64,000 nucleotides of DNA from a bacterium (GTDB lineage: Bacteria; UBA8248; JACPRG01; G963555815), in contig CBDHDG010000004.1 of assembly GCA_965261595.1 (NCBI GenBank), forward strand, positions 704,001-768,000, in the 5' to 3' direction. Both the position numbers and the translations under genes were made by a program. A model generated the notes under the pieces. The model saw only the letters and a list, made by a program, of their open reading frames with translations, was not told the origin of the DNA and made no database searches. Positions 9,721 through 19,876 of this stretch are shown piece by piece; the stretch's first letter is position 1; the number at the start of each line of letters is the position of its first letter.

Positions 9721-10182
9721 TTGGACCCTCCCTTGTGGACGGCCGAGCACGTCCGATTTCTGGAGACGGCGAGGGTGGGCCATCTCGCGACGGCCGACGG
9801 CCGTGGACGTCCTTCCGTCGTTCCCGTGGTGTTCGTCCTGGACGGCGGAAAGGTGTACACGCCCATCGACGGCAAACCCAAGGGCGACGCGGGGACACTC
9901 CGCCGGATCCGGAACATCCGGGAAAACCCCGCCGTCGCCTTCCTGGTCGACCGATACGATGAGGATTGGACGCGTCTGGCCTTCGTCCACATCCGGGGAA
10001 CCGCCGCCATCCTGAGCGCCGGGGCGGCCGGATCCGGTCCGGCGGACAGCGACGAATTTTCCAGAGCCGAGACCCTTCTCAGAGAGAAGCACCCCCAATA
10101 TCGTTCCGTTCCCCTGGGCGGTCCGGGAGGATTGATGATTCGAATCAACCCCAAGAGCTGCACCGCCTGGGGGCCGTTGTGA
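9721..10182 (+). CDS. PPOX-class (putatively F420-dependent) oxidoreductase
   Basis: ARVGHLATAD, VVPVVF, IDGKPK, LRRIRNIRENP, VDRYDEDW. Confidence 0.85.
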   Translation: MDPPLWTAEHVRFLETARVGHLATADGRGRPSVVPVVFVLDGGKVYTPIDGKPKGDAGTLRRIRNIRENPAVAFLVDRYDEDWTRLAFVHIRGTAAILSAGAAGSGPADSDEFSRAETLLREKHPQYRSVPLGGPGGLMIRINPKSCTAWGPL

Positions 10183-11279
10183 AGCTGAAACTTCCCAAGC
10201 TCCCCCGGCCTGAACGGGCCGACGAGGCCCCGCCGCTCATCGGGGTCGCCGGCCAAAGCGGCCCGGTCCTGCTCTCCGCGCTCAAGGGCCTTGCGGACCT
10301 GGGCAGGATCCGCATCGCCGGCCTTTGGGCGCCGCCCGGCGTGACTTGCGAACCGGCCGCCGATTCACTCCACCTTCCTCCGGAAAACCGATTCGACGAC
10401 CTGGAGGCGCTGCTTCGCCGGGAAAGGTTGACCGCTCTCCTCGTGACGGGGGCCTTCGAGGACCGGACCGAGACCATCCGAAAGACCGTGGAACGGAAGG
10501 TCCACGTTCTGGCCGAGCCGCCCCTCGCCGGAACCGCGGCCGAGGCCGAATCGCTCATCGACGCGGCGGCCGCCGCCGGGGTCCACCTGGGCGCGATCCA
10601 CAGCGCCCGCTATGACGCCCTCTACGCAGAGCCCCTTGGGGCCGTGCGGGAGGGGCGGATTGGAGAGGTCCTGTTCGTCCGGACCGAAGGCCCCGGTCCG
10701 GACGCCCTCGACGCGGATGATGGGGCGGCCCCCTTTTCCGCGCAGCTCTACGAGGACATCTACCTGACCCGCGCCTGGGCCTCCGCCCCCGTGACCTCCG
10801 TCTACGCGCGCACGGAATGCCGCAAGCGCCGCCGGAGCGAGGCGGGTTTTACGGTGCTGCACCTCGGCCACGCCGGAGGCGGCGCCTCGGTCCTGGGGCG
10901 GATCAACACGGCCGGCGCGCCGTCGGAGGTCCGCGAGATTCACGGGACGGACGGCGCCATTCGGATTCACCGGGCCGAGCGGGCGTGGTCTCTCCGCAAG
11001 CGGACGGAGGGGGGGGAAGACGAAGCGGGCGCCTGGACGCGAAACGATCCGGGCGAGGAGACACTGCGCGACGGCGCGGCGCCCGAGGGCATCCCGGCCG
11101 GGACGGGCGCCCGCCCCAGCGCCCGGGCGCTGGATGACGCCTTCACCTCCTTCGCCCGGGGGCTTCCCCCGCCGGTGGATGGACGCGAGGCCTGGCTCAA
11201 CCTCCGCGCCCTCGACGCCGTCCGCGAATCCGCCCGCACGGGGGAGGTGGTCCGGGTGGAAATCTCCTTCCCCCGGTAG
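10179..11279 (+). CDS. Gfo/Idh/MocA family oxidoreductase (divergent)
   Basis: HVLAEPPLA (EKP-like), GRIGEV, EIHGTDG, ESARTGEVV; GTG start overlaps the upstream stop. Confidence 0.7.
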   Translation: MKLKLPKLPRPERADEAPPLIGVAGQSGPVLLSALKGLADLGRIRIAGLWAPPGVTCEPAADSLHLPPENRFDDLEALLRRERLTALLVTGAFEDRTETIRKTVERKVHVLAEPPLAGTAAEAESLIDAAAAAGVHLGAIHSARYDALYAEPLGAVREGRIGEVLFVRTEGPGPDALDADDGAAPFSAQLYEDIYLTRAWASAPVTSVYARTECRKRRRSEAGFTVLHLGHAGGGASVLGRINTAGAPSEVREIHGTDGAIRIHRAERAWSLRKRTEGGEDEAGAWTRNDPGEETLRDGAAPEGIPAGTGARPSARALDDAFTSFARGLPPPVDGREAWLNLRALDAVRESARTGEVVRVEISFPR

Positions 11280-11468
11280 CGTCCCGCAGTCTCTTCGCGC
11301 GCATTCCAGGTGAACCGCCTGCTCCGGCGCGCTGATCTCAATCCATCAAAAAATTCCTGAATCCTTTCTCCCCGCCGGGTCTCTAAACCGTGTGAATGAG
11401 GAACAGTGGAAGGTCCAAAGAGACCTGAACAAGAACGCCAAACGGAAAAAGAGAAAGGGATCACAATC

Positions 11469-11807
11469 ATGAAGACCACGAAGATTTTCAAGGCTGTTGC
11501 TTTTTCGGACCTGCTCCTCGCGGGAACCACGGGCGCCGCGCTGGCCCAGGATAGTCTGGTATCCGGCGAGCCCTATCAGGGATTCTTCCAGGGCGTTACG
11601 ATTCCGGCCAACGGGCCCATCGTGACGACCCGCGTGGCGACTGAAGCCCCCGGGAATCTCGTGGCCGTCGAAGGTCAGGCGATTTATCAGGGTGGTCTGA
11701 GCAACGCCAAGCTGGCCGGCCTGAACCCGGAAGCGGTTATCGGTCAGGGTTGGTTCGAGACCGACGAGGACGCCGAGGAGGCCATCTCCATCGCGATGGC
11801 CAAGTAA
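11469..11807 (+). CDS. Small putative secreted hypothetical protein
   Basis: Purine-rich RBS, signal-like MKTTKIFKAVAF...AALA-Q, followed by hairpins and a terminator. Confidence 0.65.
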   Translation: MKTTKIFKAVAFSDLLLAGTTGAALAQDSLVSGEPYQGFFQGVTIPANGPIVTTRVATEAPGNLVAVEGQAIYQGGLSNAKLAGLNPEAVIGQGWFETDEDAEEAISIAMAK

Positions 11808-11889
11808 CAAGATGACCGCGGACCGGAAACCGCCCGGTGATCCAGGGCGGTTTCCGGACCCGAAGGAAATGGGGAGCCTTCCCCGAATC

Positions 11890-11922
11890 GAAAAGCCACC
11901 CTGAAGGGGTGGCTTTTCTTTT
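11890..11922 (+). terminator. Rho-independent terminator
   Basis: GAAAAGCCACC-CTGAAGG-GGTGGCTTTTC followed by TTTT; a further hairpin at 11823-11857. Confidence 0.75.
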
Positions 11923-12020
11923 GAGAACAGGGCCCTCTCGTGATATAGGAGAAGTCGGAATCGGTCCAAAGAAGAGAGGGACACCTCGGCCGCCAGGCCC
12001 AACGGGAAAGCGTCATCGGC

Positions 12021-12653
12021 ATGCACCGCTTCGCGTGTTTGGAAGTCCTCGCCTCCCGCCTCCGGGACGAGCTCTGCATCGTGGGGCTGGGGGGATTGGT
12101 GGACGAGTGGACCGAGTTGTATCCCGCGCACCGGAGCCTCCCTGTGAACGCCATGGGGTGTGTCGTGCCCCTGGCCCTGGGCGTCGCGGCGGGGCTTCCC
12201 GGGCGGCGGATCGTGGCCCTGGAAGGCGAGGGAAGCCTGTTGATGAACATCGGGATTCTGGCGACCCTCGGCAATGAGAATCCCCCCAACCTTCTGACCG
12301 TCGTCTTCGACAACCACTCCTTCGAGAGCTCGGGCGGGTTCGGCACACACACGGGAGAGGCAACGGACCTGGCCGCGATTGGAAGCGGCGCGGGGATCGG
12401 GCGGGCTTACGCCGTCTCGGACGTGGACGGTTTCAGCGGGGTCCTGGACGAATCTCTGGCCTTGAGCGAGCAGACGCTCATCATCGCGCGGGTCGACAAA
12501 GGGACCCGCCTCTCCCCCCAGCGCGAGACGGACGGATTGGAGGACAAATACAACTTCGTCCGTCACGTGGAGAAACTCGAATCCACCCGAATCATCCCGG
12601 TCGTTCCCCGCAAGAGGTATGACGTCGAGCTGCCTTGGAAAGCGAGAAACTGA
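12021..12653 (+). CDS. TPP-dependent enzyme C-terminal subunit (sulfopyruvate/phosphonopyruvate decarboxylase beta-like)
   Basis: AMGCVVPLALGVA, EGEGSLLMN...VFDNHSFESSGG. Confidence 0.8.
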   Translation: MHRFACLEVLASRLRDELCIVGLGGLVDEWTELYPAHRSLPVNAMGCVVPLALGVAAGLPGRRIVALEGEGSLLMNIGILATLGNENPPNLLTVVFDNHSFESSGGFGTHTGEATDLAAIGSGAGIGRAYAVSDVDGFSGVLDESLALSEQTLIIARVDKGTRLSPQRETDGLEDKYNFVRHVEKLESTRIIPVVPRKRYDVELPWKARN

Positions 12654-12666
12654 CTCGGCGGTTTCA

Positions 12667-14022
12667 TCACCCCCCGAGGATCTCGGCCGCCTTCCGCGCG
12701 GCCTTCTCCCCCACGTCGATGCGCTCGAACTTCGCTTCCTTTCCATGAGTCACGGTCGCGTCGAGGCCCATCTTCGTCGTGAGCAGGGATCCGTCCCGCC
12801 GCTCGGCGGAGGGATCGATGGCGAAGCCGGCCGCCTTCGGGATCGTGACCAGGTCCCGGTCGGCCTGAAACCGCGAGGACACCGCCCAAGCGACCATCCG
12901 GCCGTCCTCCGGGTCCACGTCTTCGTCCACGACCACCACCTGCTTGAGCACGGAAAACAGGCCGAAGCAAAGGGCCATCACGTCCCGGGCGTGGCCGGGC
13001 CGGCTCTTTCGGATCGAGACCACGGCGTGGGTGGAGCACGTGCCCGGCACAAGATGGAGCGCCCGGACGGCGGGGTCCTGGGCGCGCAGGCGGAGTTCCA
13101 TCGGAATCGCATAGGCCACGGCGAGGAGGGATTCCTCGTCCCGGCTCCAGGGCAACAGGGCGTGGTAGAGGGGGTTCTCCCGGTGCGTGACCGCCGTCAC
13201 CTCGATGATGTGGCTCCGGTTGTGCGTATAAACGCCGGAGCTCTCTCCCATGGGGCCTTCCTTCACCCGATCGCCCGGCAGGACCCGGCCCTCGAGGACC
13301 ATCTCGGCATGGGCGGGAACCGGGAGGTCCACGCTGACGCCGTCCGCGACCTCGACGGCCCCGCCCCTCAGCCCGCCCACGGACTCCAGCTTATCCGCCC
13401 CGGGTCCGGACTGAAGAACGGAGCCGAGATACAACCCCGGCTCCGCGCCCAGAACGATCCCGACCGGAAAGTCTTCGCCGCGCGCCTCGGCATCCGCCAG
13501 ATGGCGGGTCAGGGGCGGGCTGATGATCTGCGCGCTCAACTGATTGGGCGTCTTCCGGATCTGGAGGCGGTAGATCCCCATGTTGACCCGGCGGGTCTCC
13601 GGGTCGCGATAGAAGAGGATGCCGCAGGTGATATAGGGGCCGGAGTCCCGCTCGTGGTAGGTGAAAACGGGGATCAGGGACGACAGGTCGATGCCCCTTT
13701 TCCGGACGACCTGCTGAACAGGCGTGTTTCGGGCCTTGCGAGGCTTGATTCGCCGGCCGAGGCGATCCATGACGGTCCGCCGATAATCTCCCTCCGACCC
13801 GAGCGCAAGGTTCAGCCGCCGGCGCGTGCTGAGCAGGTTGCCGACGGCGGGGACGCGGCGCCCCCTCAGGTTCTCGAACCAGACGGCCGGCCCGCCCGAA
13901 TCATCGAGGGAGCGCAGGACGGCCGAGGCCTCCAGGCGGGGGCGGACGGACCGTCCGACGCGAAGGAGGTCCCCCTGATTTTCCAGCTCCTCCAGAAACG
14001 AGCGCAGGTCCCGGTAGGCCAA
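12667..14022 (-). CDS. UbiD family (de)carboxylase
   Basis: DLRSFLEELE, NMGIYRLQ, EMVLEG, EGPMGE, VVVDEDVD, KMGLDAT. Confidence 0.92.
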   Translation of the reverse strand: MAYRDLRSFLEELENQGDLLRVGRSVRPRLEASAVLRSLDDSGGPAVWFENLRGRRVPAVGNLLSTRRRLNLALGSEGDYRRTVMDRLGRRIKPRKARNTPVQQVVRKRGIDLSSLIPVFTYHERDSGPYITCGILFYRDPETRRVNMGIYRLQIRKTPNQLSAQIISPPLTRHLADAEARGEDFPVGIVLGAEPGLYLGSVLQSGPGADKLESVGGLRGGAVEVADGVSVDLPVPAHAEMVLEGRVLPGDRVKEGPMGESSGVYTHNRSHIIEVTAVTHRENPLYHALLPWSRDEESLLAVAYAIPMELRLRAQDPAVRALHLVPGTCSTHAVVSIRKSRPGHARDVMALCFGLFSVLKQVVVVDEDVDPEDGRMVAWAVSSRFQADRDLVTIPKAAGFAIDPSAERRDGSLLTTKMGLDATVTHGKEAKFERIDVGEKAARKAAEILGG

Positions 14023-14125
14023 TGTTCTCCCTCCTCGTATGCGGGTCGAAATAAGGGCGTCTTACTCTTGAGCCGGATTTTTCCCACCAACCATTGGCAA
14101 AACGGCCGGAAAGTCCCCGCGCCCA

Positions 14126-16501
14126 TCACAGCCGGAACTCCGGCCCACCCCCCTCCCCCCCCCCGGCCTGGATGATCCCCCACAACCGGAACGGTGTCAG
14201 GGGAACCTCATGAATCCGGATGCCGTGGGGTTCGAGCGCGTTCTCGACCGCGGCGACGATCGCGGCCGGGGCCGCCATCGTTCCGCCCTCCCCCGCGCCC
14301 TTGACGCCCAACGGATTGAAGGGTGACGGGCTCTCCATGTGGGAAAGCTCGAAATCCGGCACGTCCGTGGCCAACGGCAGGAGGTAATCCAGGAAGGTGG
14401 ACGCCAGGGGGGTTCCGTTCTCGTCAAACACCACTTCCTCGATCAACGCCTCCCCGATCCCGTGAACCACCCCGCCCTGGATCTGCCCGTCGAGCAGCAT
14501 GGGGTTAAGCACCCGGCCGCAATCGTGGGCGACGTGGTGGCGCAGGACTTTCACAAACCCCGTATGCGCGTCCACCTCGACCACAACGACGTGACACGCG
14601 GCGGCGGTCGCCGCCCGGCTCGGGGTGTAGTATTCGGAGACCTCGAGCCCGGGCGTCCGGCCGCTCATCATGATCCCCGGCACGCCCGCCGCCTCCTTGG
14701 CCAGCTCGCCGAACGCGACCGATCGATCGGGCGCCCCCCGGACGAAGACCTTTCCATCCGCGAGGTCCAGGTCCTCCGCCGAGGCCTCGAGGCGGGACGC
14801 CGCGCACTCGAACATTTTCTTCTTGAGGGCCTCCCCGCCCAGAAGAACCGAGTTCGCCGCCATCACCGCCACCCGGCTGGCGAACGTCCCGATGCCGTAG
14901 GGAATCGCGCGGGTGTCCCCCGTCACGACGGTGATGTCTTCGGGCGTCACGTTGAGGACGTCCGCCAATACCTGGGCCAGGACGGTTTCCGTGCCCTGCC
15001 CTTGCGGGGCCGCGCCGGTGGCGAGGAGGATCCGCCCGGAAGGCTCCACGCGGATCACCGCCCCCTCGAAGGGGCCGAAGCCGGTCCCCTCGACGTTGCA
15101 GCCGATGCCGATGCCGACGAGCCGGCCGTTCGCCGGATCCCCCTCTTCCCCCGGGCGGCGCACCCCCTTTTTGAATTCCTCATACCCCGTGGCTTCGAGG
15201 GCCTGGTCCATCAGCTTGGGATAGTCCCCGCTGTCGTACGTCATCATGCTTCCGTCCCGCGCCCGGAGTCCCACTTCGTAGGGCATGTCCTCGGGCTGAA
15301 CAAAGTTCCGGCGGCGGACCTCGGCGGGGTCCAGGCCCAGGGCGTGGGCAATGTGGTCGATCACCCGCTCCATGATGAAGGCGGCCTGGATGCGGCCGGC
15401 CCCGCGGACGGGGGCCACGGGGACCCGGTGGGTGTAAGCCGCTTCCAACACCCCTGAGAAGTTGGGGATTTTGTATGGGCCGGGAATGCACGTGAGAGAG
15501 AGCAGCGGGACAACGATGCTCCAGGGCAGATAGGCCCCCAAGTCGCAGATGCCGCGATCCCGCAAGGCCCGGATGCGGCCCTCATCATCGAACCCGATCT
15601 CCACCTCGTGGATCTGCTCGCGCTCCTGAACAGTCGTCTGGATATGTTCCAGGCGGTCCTCGATCCACTTGACGGACCCGCCCAGACGGATGGCCGCCCA
15701 GGCAATCACGGTGTCCTCGGGATAGGCATAAGCCTTCGGGCCGAATCCGCCCCCCACGTCCGGGGCGATGACGTCGATCGCGCTTTCCGGCCGGTCCAGC
15801 ATGTAGGCCAGGTCTTTGCGCATCAGATGAGGGGTCTGCGTGGAGGCGTAGAGGGTCAGGTGGTCGAACTTGGGATCGTACGAGGCCAGATGACCCCGGG
15901 TCTCCATGGCCCCGGACCCTCCGCGCTGCATCTTCAAACGGATCGTCTCCCGGCGCGGCGCCCGGGCCAGCGCTTTCTCCGCGTCTCCGATGTTGACCTC
16001 GAGGCGGGCCGCCAGGTTGTCGCCCAGGTCGTCGTGAACCAGGGGCGCGCCTTCCTTCAAGGCGTCGGCCGGATGGACCGTCGCCTCGAGGATTTCGTAG
16101 GACGCCCGAATGCCTTCGAGGGCGTCCTCGGCCCGCGCGCGGCTTTCCGCCAGAACAACGGCGACGGGCTCGCCCATGTAGCGCGTCTTGTCCTTCGCCA
16201 GGGGGACGGTGTTATGCGGCCGGAGCGCGGGATGGGGAACGGGGACGGGGTATTCCTTCCACGCCGCCCCCAGGCCTTCGGCGGTGAACGCGGCTGCGGC
16301 CCCGGCCTTCAAGGCCCCCGAGACATCGATGGATTCAATCCGGGCATGGGCGTAGGGAGACCGGAGGAAGGCGGCGTGCAGGGCGCCGGAATCGGGCAGA
16401 TCGTCGATGTATCGGCCATTCCCGGTCAGCAGCCGCTTGTCCTCGATCCGCGGAACGCGCGCACCGAAAAACCGGGGATTCAAAAGCGGGCCTGAGCTCA
16501 T
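14126..16501 (-). CDS. Xanthine dehydrogenase/CoxL-like molybdopterin-binding subunit
   Basis: RIEDKRLLTG, DVGGGFGPK, PVRGAGR, GQGTET, KGAGEGG. Confidence 0.92.
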   Translation of the reverse strand: MSSGPLLNPRFFGARVPRIEDKRLLTGNGRYIDDLPDSGALHAAFLRSPYAHARIESIDVSGALKAGAAAAFTAEGLGAAWKEYPVPVPHPALRPHNTVPLAKDKTRYMGEPVAVVLAESRARAEDALEGIRASYEILEATVHPADALKEGAPLVHDDLGDNLAARLEVNIGDAEKALARAPRRETIRLKMQRGGSGAMETRGHLASYDPKFDHLTLYASTQTPHLMRKDLAYMLDRPESAIDVIAPDVGGGFGPKAYAYPEDTVIAWAAIRLGGSVKWIEDRLEHIQTTVQEREQIHEVEIGFDDEGRIRALRDRGICDLGAYLPWSIVVPLLSLTCIPGPYKIPNFSGVLEAAYTHRVPVAPVRGAGRIQAAFIMERVIDHIAHALGLDPAEVRRRNFVQPEDMPYEVGLRARDGSMMTYDSGDYPKLMDQALEATGYEEFKKGVRRPGEEGDPANGRLVGIGIGCNVEGTGFGPFEGAVIRVEPSGRILLATGAAPQGQGTETVLAQVLADVLNVTPEDITVVTGDTRAIPYGIGTFASRVAVMAANSVLLGGEALKKKMFECAASRLEASAEDLDLADGKVFVRGAPDRSVAFGELAKEAAGVPGIMMSGRTPGLEVSEYYTPSRAATAAACHVVVVEVDAHTGFVKVLRHHVAHDCGRVLNPMLLDGQIQGGVVHGIGEALIEEVVFDENGTPLASTFLDYLLPLATDVPDFELSHMESPSPFNPLGVKGAGEGGTMAAPAAIVAAVENALEPHGIRIHEVPLTPFRLWGIIQAGGGEGGGPEFRL

Positions 16502-16873
16502 GAGGGACCTCTCGTTTGGGTGAAGAAGGCTTCTCCACGGCGTCTACGATGTGGTGACAGCCGGCGGATCTCATCCCGCGTCCGGGTCCGCGCCTCCGAC
16601 AGCGCCGCCTTCCCCGCCCGATAAGCCCGCCCCTGAAAAACTGTGCATATCATAATCGAAATGACGGTCGGATTCACACCGCCCTTCCGCCCGAAGAACC
16701 CCGGCTTGTCGTTGGCCTATAATGAAACCGGTTCGGATCGTCATCGGGGGGACCCGGTTCGGCCGCGCCGGGATGGCCGGCCCGCACTTCGTGGCGACTC
16801 CGGCGGCCTCCCGGTCCGGATGGGTCCCCGGGGGCGGGATCGGCGGGACGTAATGTTTTCCGGAGGCTGAGGA

Positions 16874-19162
16874 TTGACCGAATACACGATCCTGGGGAAG
16901 GCCCTTCCGCGCATTGACGGCAGGCCCAAGGCGACCGGCGCGTCAAACTACGCGGCCGACATATCGATGCCCGGCTGCCTTCACGGCCACATCCTGCGCA
17001 GCCCCTATCCCCACGCCCGCATCCTGAACATCGACACCTCCAAGGCGGAGGCCGTCAAGGGGGTCAAGGTCATCCTGACGGCCCGCGACCTGCCCGATGT
17101 CCATTACGGCATGTGGATCCTGGATCAGAGACTCTTCCAACCCGACAAGGTCCGATACATCGGCGATGAGGTGGCCGCCCTGGCGGCCGGGGACGAGGAC
17201 GCCGCCCAGGAAGCCCTGGACCTGATCCGGGTGGAATACGAAGAGCTTCCCGCCGTCTTCGAATCCGAGGACGCCCTGAAGCCCGGCGCCCCGTTGGTCC
17301 ACGAGGACTTCGCCCGGCACAAGGCCTATTTCGACGCGGCCGGGCGCGAGGGAAACCAGGTCTGCAAGGTCCGCTTCGGCTACGGCGACGTCGAGACGGG
17401 GCTTTCCGAGGCGGATGAGGTCATCGAAAACCGCTTCACCACCCACGCCAACCACCCGACCTATCTGGAGCCGCACGCGGCCCTGGCGAGCTGCGACGCG
17501 GCGGGAAGCCTGACGGTTTGGACGACCACCCAGGGGGTCTTTAAGGTCCAGGAATGGATCGCAATCCTCCTGGACATCCCGATGACCCGCGTGCGTGTCA
17601 TCGGGACCGCGGTCGGCGGGGGGTTCGGCGGAAAGAAGCCCCGGGTGGACCTCTACGCCGCCGCGCTGGCGTTCAAGGCGCGCGCGCCCGTCCGGATTGT
17701 CCTTGACCGCGAGGAGGACATGGCGACGACGAACAAGCGCCATCCGGCCGCCATCGACATCCAAACGGGCGTGAAACGCGACGGCGCCCTCACCGCCTGG
17801 GACTTTCGGATCGTCCTGAACACGGGCGCGTACGCCGATCACGGCCCCTCGATTCTGTCGTTCGGCGCGTTTCACGCCCGGGGGCCCTACAAAACGCCGC
17901 ACGTGAACATCGAGGGCCGGCTGGTGTACACCAACCGGAACATCAGCGGCGCGTTCCGGGGGTACGGCAACCCCCAGGTCGCCTTCGCCGTTGAATCCCA
18001 GATGGACATCATCGCCCGGCGCCTCGGAATCGATCCGGTGGAGCTTCGCCGCAAAAACGGCATCGGACCGGGCGACGCCATGGTGAACGGACAGCGGTAT
18101 CCCGAGGTCTGGTTCCGGGACACCCTGGAGCAGGCCGTCGAGGCGTTCGGGTGGGAAAAACCCAAAGAACCGCCGGCCAACGGGCGCAGGCGGGGGATCG
18201 GAATCGCCGCCGGCTCCCACCCGTCCGGGGGGTGGAGCTCCTCCGCGACGGTCAAGTGGATGGCCGACGGGACCCTCCAGGTCGTGACCGGAACGATAGA
18301 GATCGGCGGGGGAGAATACACCGTCGCCGCCCAGATCGCGGCCGAGGCCGCCGGCGTTCCCTACGAGAAGGTCCGCGTCGTCGCGGCCGATACGGACATC
18401 ACCCCCTACGAGCAGTTCACCGGCGCAAGCCGATCGACCTTCACCATGGGTCAGGCGGTCCGTCTGGCGGCGCTGGACGCCCGCCAGGAGCTGCTCCAAC
18501 GCGCGGCCGAGCTCCTCGAAGCCCCGGTGGAAGACCTGACCACCGGCCGGGAGCGGGTCTTCATCGCCTCCGCCCCCGGCCGGGGCGTGGCCTTCGCCGA
18601 AGTGGCCCAGGCGGCCAACCTCCATCAGAACGGACCGATTCTGGGGAAGGGGGCGTGCTGCCCGCCCGCGCCGCCCGCCGTCCGGGAATGCTGGGAGGGG
18701 GCGGCCATGCACGAGTTCCCCGCCCACGGCTATGCCGCCCACATCGCCGAGGTCGAGGTGGACGAAGAGACGGGGACGGTCGAGCTCATCCGGCTCATCT
18801 GTGCGCACGACATCGGCCAGGCCGTCAACCGCGGGGGCTTGGAGGGTCAAATCGAGGGAGGGGCCGCGCAGGGGATCGGCTTCGCCCTCATCGAGGAAAT
18901 GTGTTACGAGGGAGGCGTCCTCGTCAACGGCGCCCTGGTCGACTACAAGATCCCGACCATCCTGGACGTTCCGCCCATCGAGTATCGCTTCATCGAGAAG
19001 GCCGATCCCAACGGGCCCTTCGGCGCGAAAGGGGCGGGCGAGTCCGTCCTGGTCCCCACGGCCCCGGCCATCGCCAACGCCGTGTACGACGCCGTGGGCG
19101 CGCGGATCAAAGACCTTCCCCTCACGCCCGACAAGGTGCTTCGGGCCCTCCACAACATTTGA
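16874..19162 (+). CDS. Xanthine dehydrogenase family molybdopterin-binding subunit
   Basis: GGGFGGK, AFRGYGNPQ, GQIEGG, GAKGAGE. Confidence 0.92.
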   Translation: MTEYTILGKALPRIDGRPKATGASNYAADISMPGCLHGHILRSPYPHARILNIDTSKAEAVKGVKVILTARDLPDVHYGMWILDQRLFQPDKVRYIGDEVAALAAGDEDAAQEALDLIRVEYEELPAVFESEDALKPGAPLVHEDFARHKAYFDAAGREGNQVCKVRFGYGDVETGLSEADEVIENRFTTHANHPTYLEPHAALASCDAAGSLTVWTTTQGVFKVQEWIAILLDIPMTRVRVIGTAVGGGFGGKKPRVDLYAAALAFKARAPVRIVLDREEDMATTNKRHPAAIDIQTGVKRDGALTAWDFRIVLNTGAYADHGPSILSFGAFHARGPYKTPHVNIEGRLVYTNRNISGAFRGYGNPQVAFAVESQMDIIARRLGIDPVELRRKNGIGPGDAMVNGQRYPEVWFRDTLEQAVEAFGWEKPKEPPANGRRRGIGIAAGSHPSGGWSSSATVKWMADGTLQVVTGTIEIGGGEYTVAAQIAAEAAGVPYEKVRVVAADTDITPYEQFTGASRSTFTMGQAVRLAALDARQELLQRAAELLEAPVEDLTTGRERVFIASAPGRGVAFAEVAQAANLHQNGPILGKGACCPPAPPAVRECWEGAAMHEFPAHGYAAHIAEVEVDEETGTVELIRLICAHDIGQAVNRGGLEGQIEGGAAQGIGFALIEEMCYEGGVLVNGALVDYKIPTILDVPPIEYRFIEKADPNGPFGAKGAGESVLVPTAPAIANAVYDAVGARIKDLPLTPDKVLRALHNI

Positions 19163-19237
19163 AAAGGCTGAAAGGACCGACCCTGACCGCTTCCGGGGCG
19201 GCTCGGACCGCTCAACCCCGCCATTGGGAGAAATCGC

Positions 19238-19681
19238 GTGATCATCCAGGGAAAGCACAAGTTCAAAGCCGGCCGTCAGGCCGTGTGGGACCTGCTCATG
19301 GACGCCGACGCCCTGGCGGCCGCAATCCCGGGCTGCCGGGGATTGAAGGAGACGGCGCCGGGCGCGTTCGAAGCCGAGCTCAACGTCGGCGTGGCCCCGG
19401 TGAAAGGCGAGTTCTCCGGGTCGGTGAAGTTGGAGGACCTGAACCCGCCCGACGACTACCGGATGGCCATCGACGGAAGCGGAACGCCGGGTTTCCTGAG
19501 GGGAACGGCGCACATCCGCCTGAAAGCCGACGGCGACGATACACACCTCGAGGTCGACGCGGAGGTCCAGATAGGAGGGGTCATCGCCGGCGTCGGACAG
19601 CGGATGCTCGGTGGAATCGCCAAGCTCCTGATGGGCCAGTTCTTCAAGGCCCTCGAAGGCCAACTGGCCGGGCGGAGCTGA
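19238..19681 (+). CDS. coxG: CoxG/SRPBCC family protein
   Basis: VWDLLMD...AAIPGC, VAPVKGEF, GVGQRML. Confidence 0.8.
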   Translation: MIIQGKHKFKAGRQAVWDLLMDADALAAAIPGCRGLKETAPGAFEAELNVGVAPVKGEFSGSVKLEDLNPPDDYRMAIDGSGTPGFLRGTAHIRLKADGDDTHLEVDAEVQIGGVIAGVGQRMLGGIAKLLMGQFFKALEGQLAGRS

Positions 19682-19876
19682 GCGGCGCAGAGGCGTGACG
19701 ATACCTGGTGTCGCGTCTCAGAAATACTTTCGATTAGTTTCGCGGTGCGGGATACCCTTTGGGTGTCCCGGAAAAGGCGGCAATGAGCCGGGAGCACGGC
19801 GCTGGACACCTCTCAAAGATGTAGCGCCAGACCCCCGGGCGCCCCTTGCGTCCAAACGGTTGGTGATCAATCCGGT

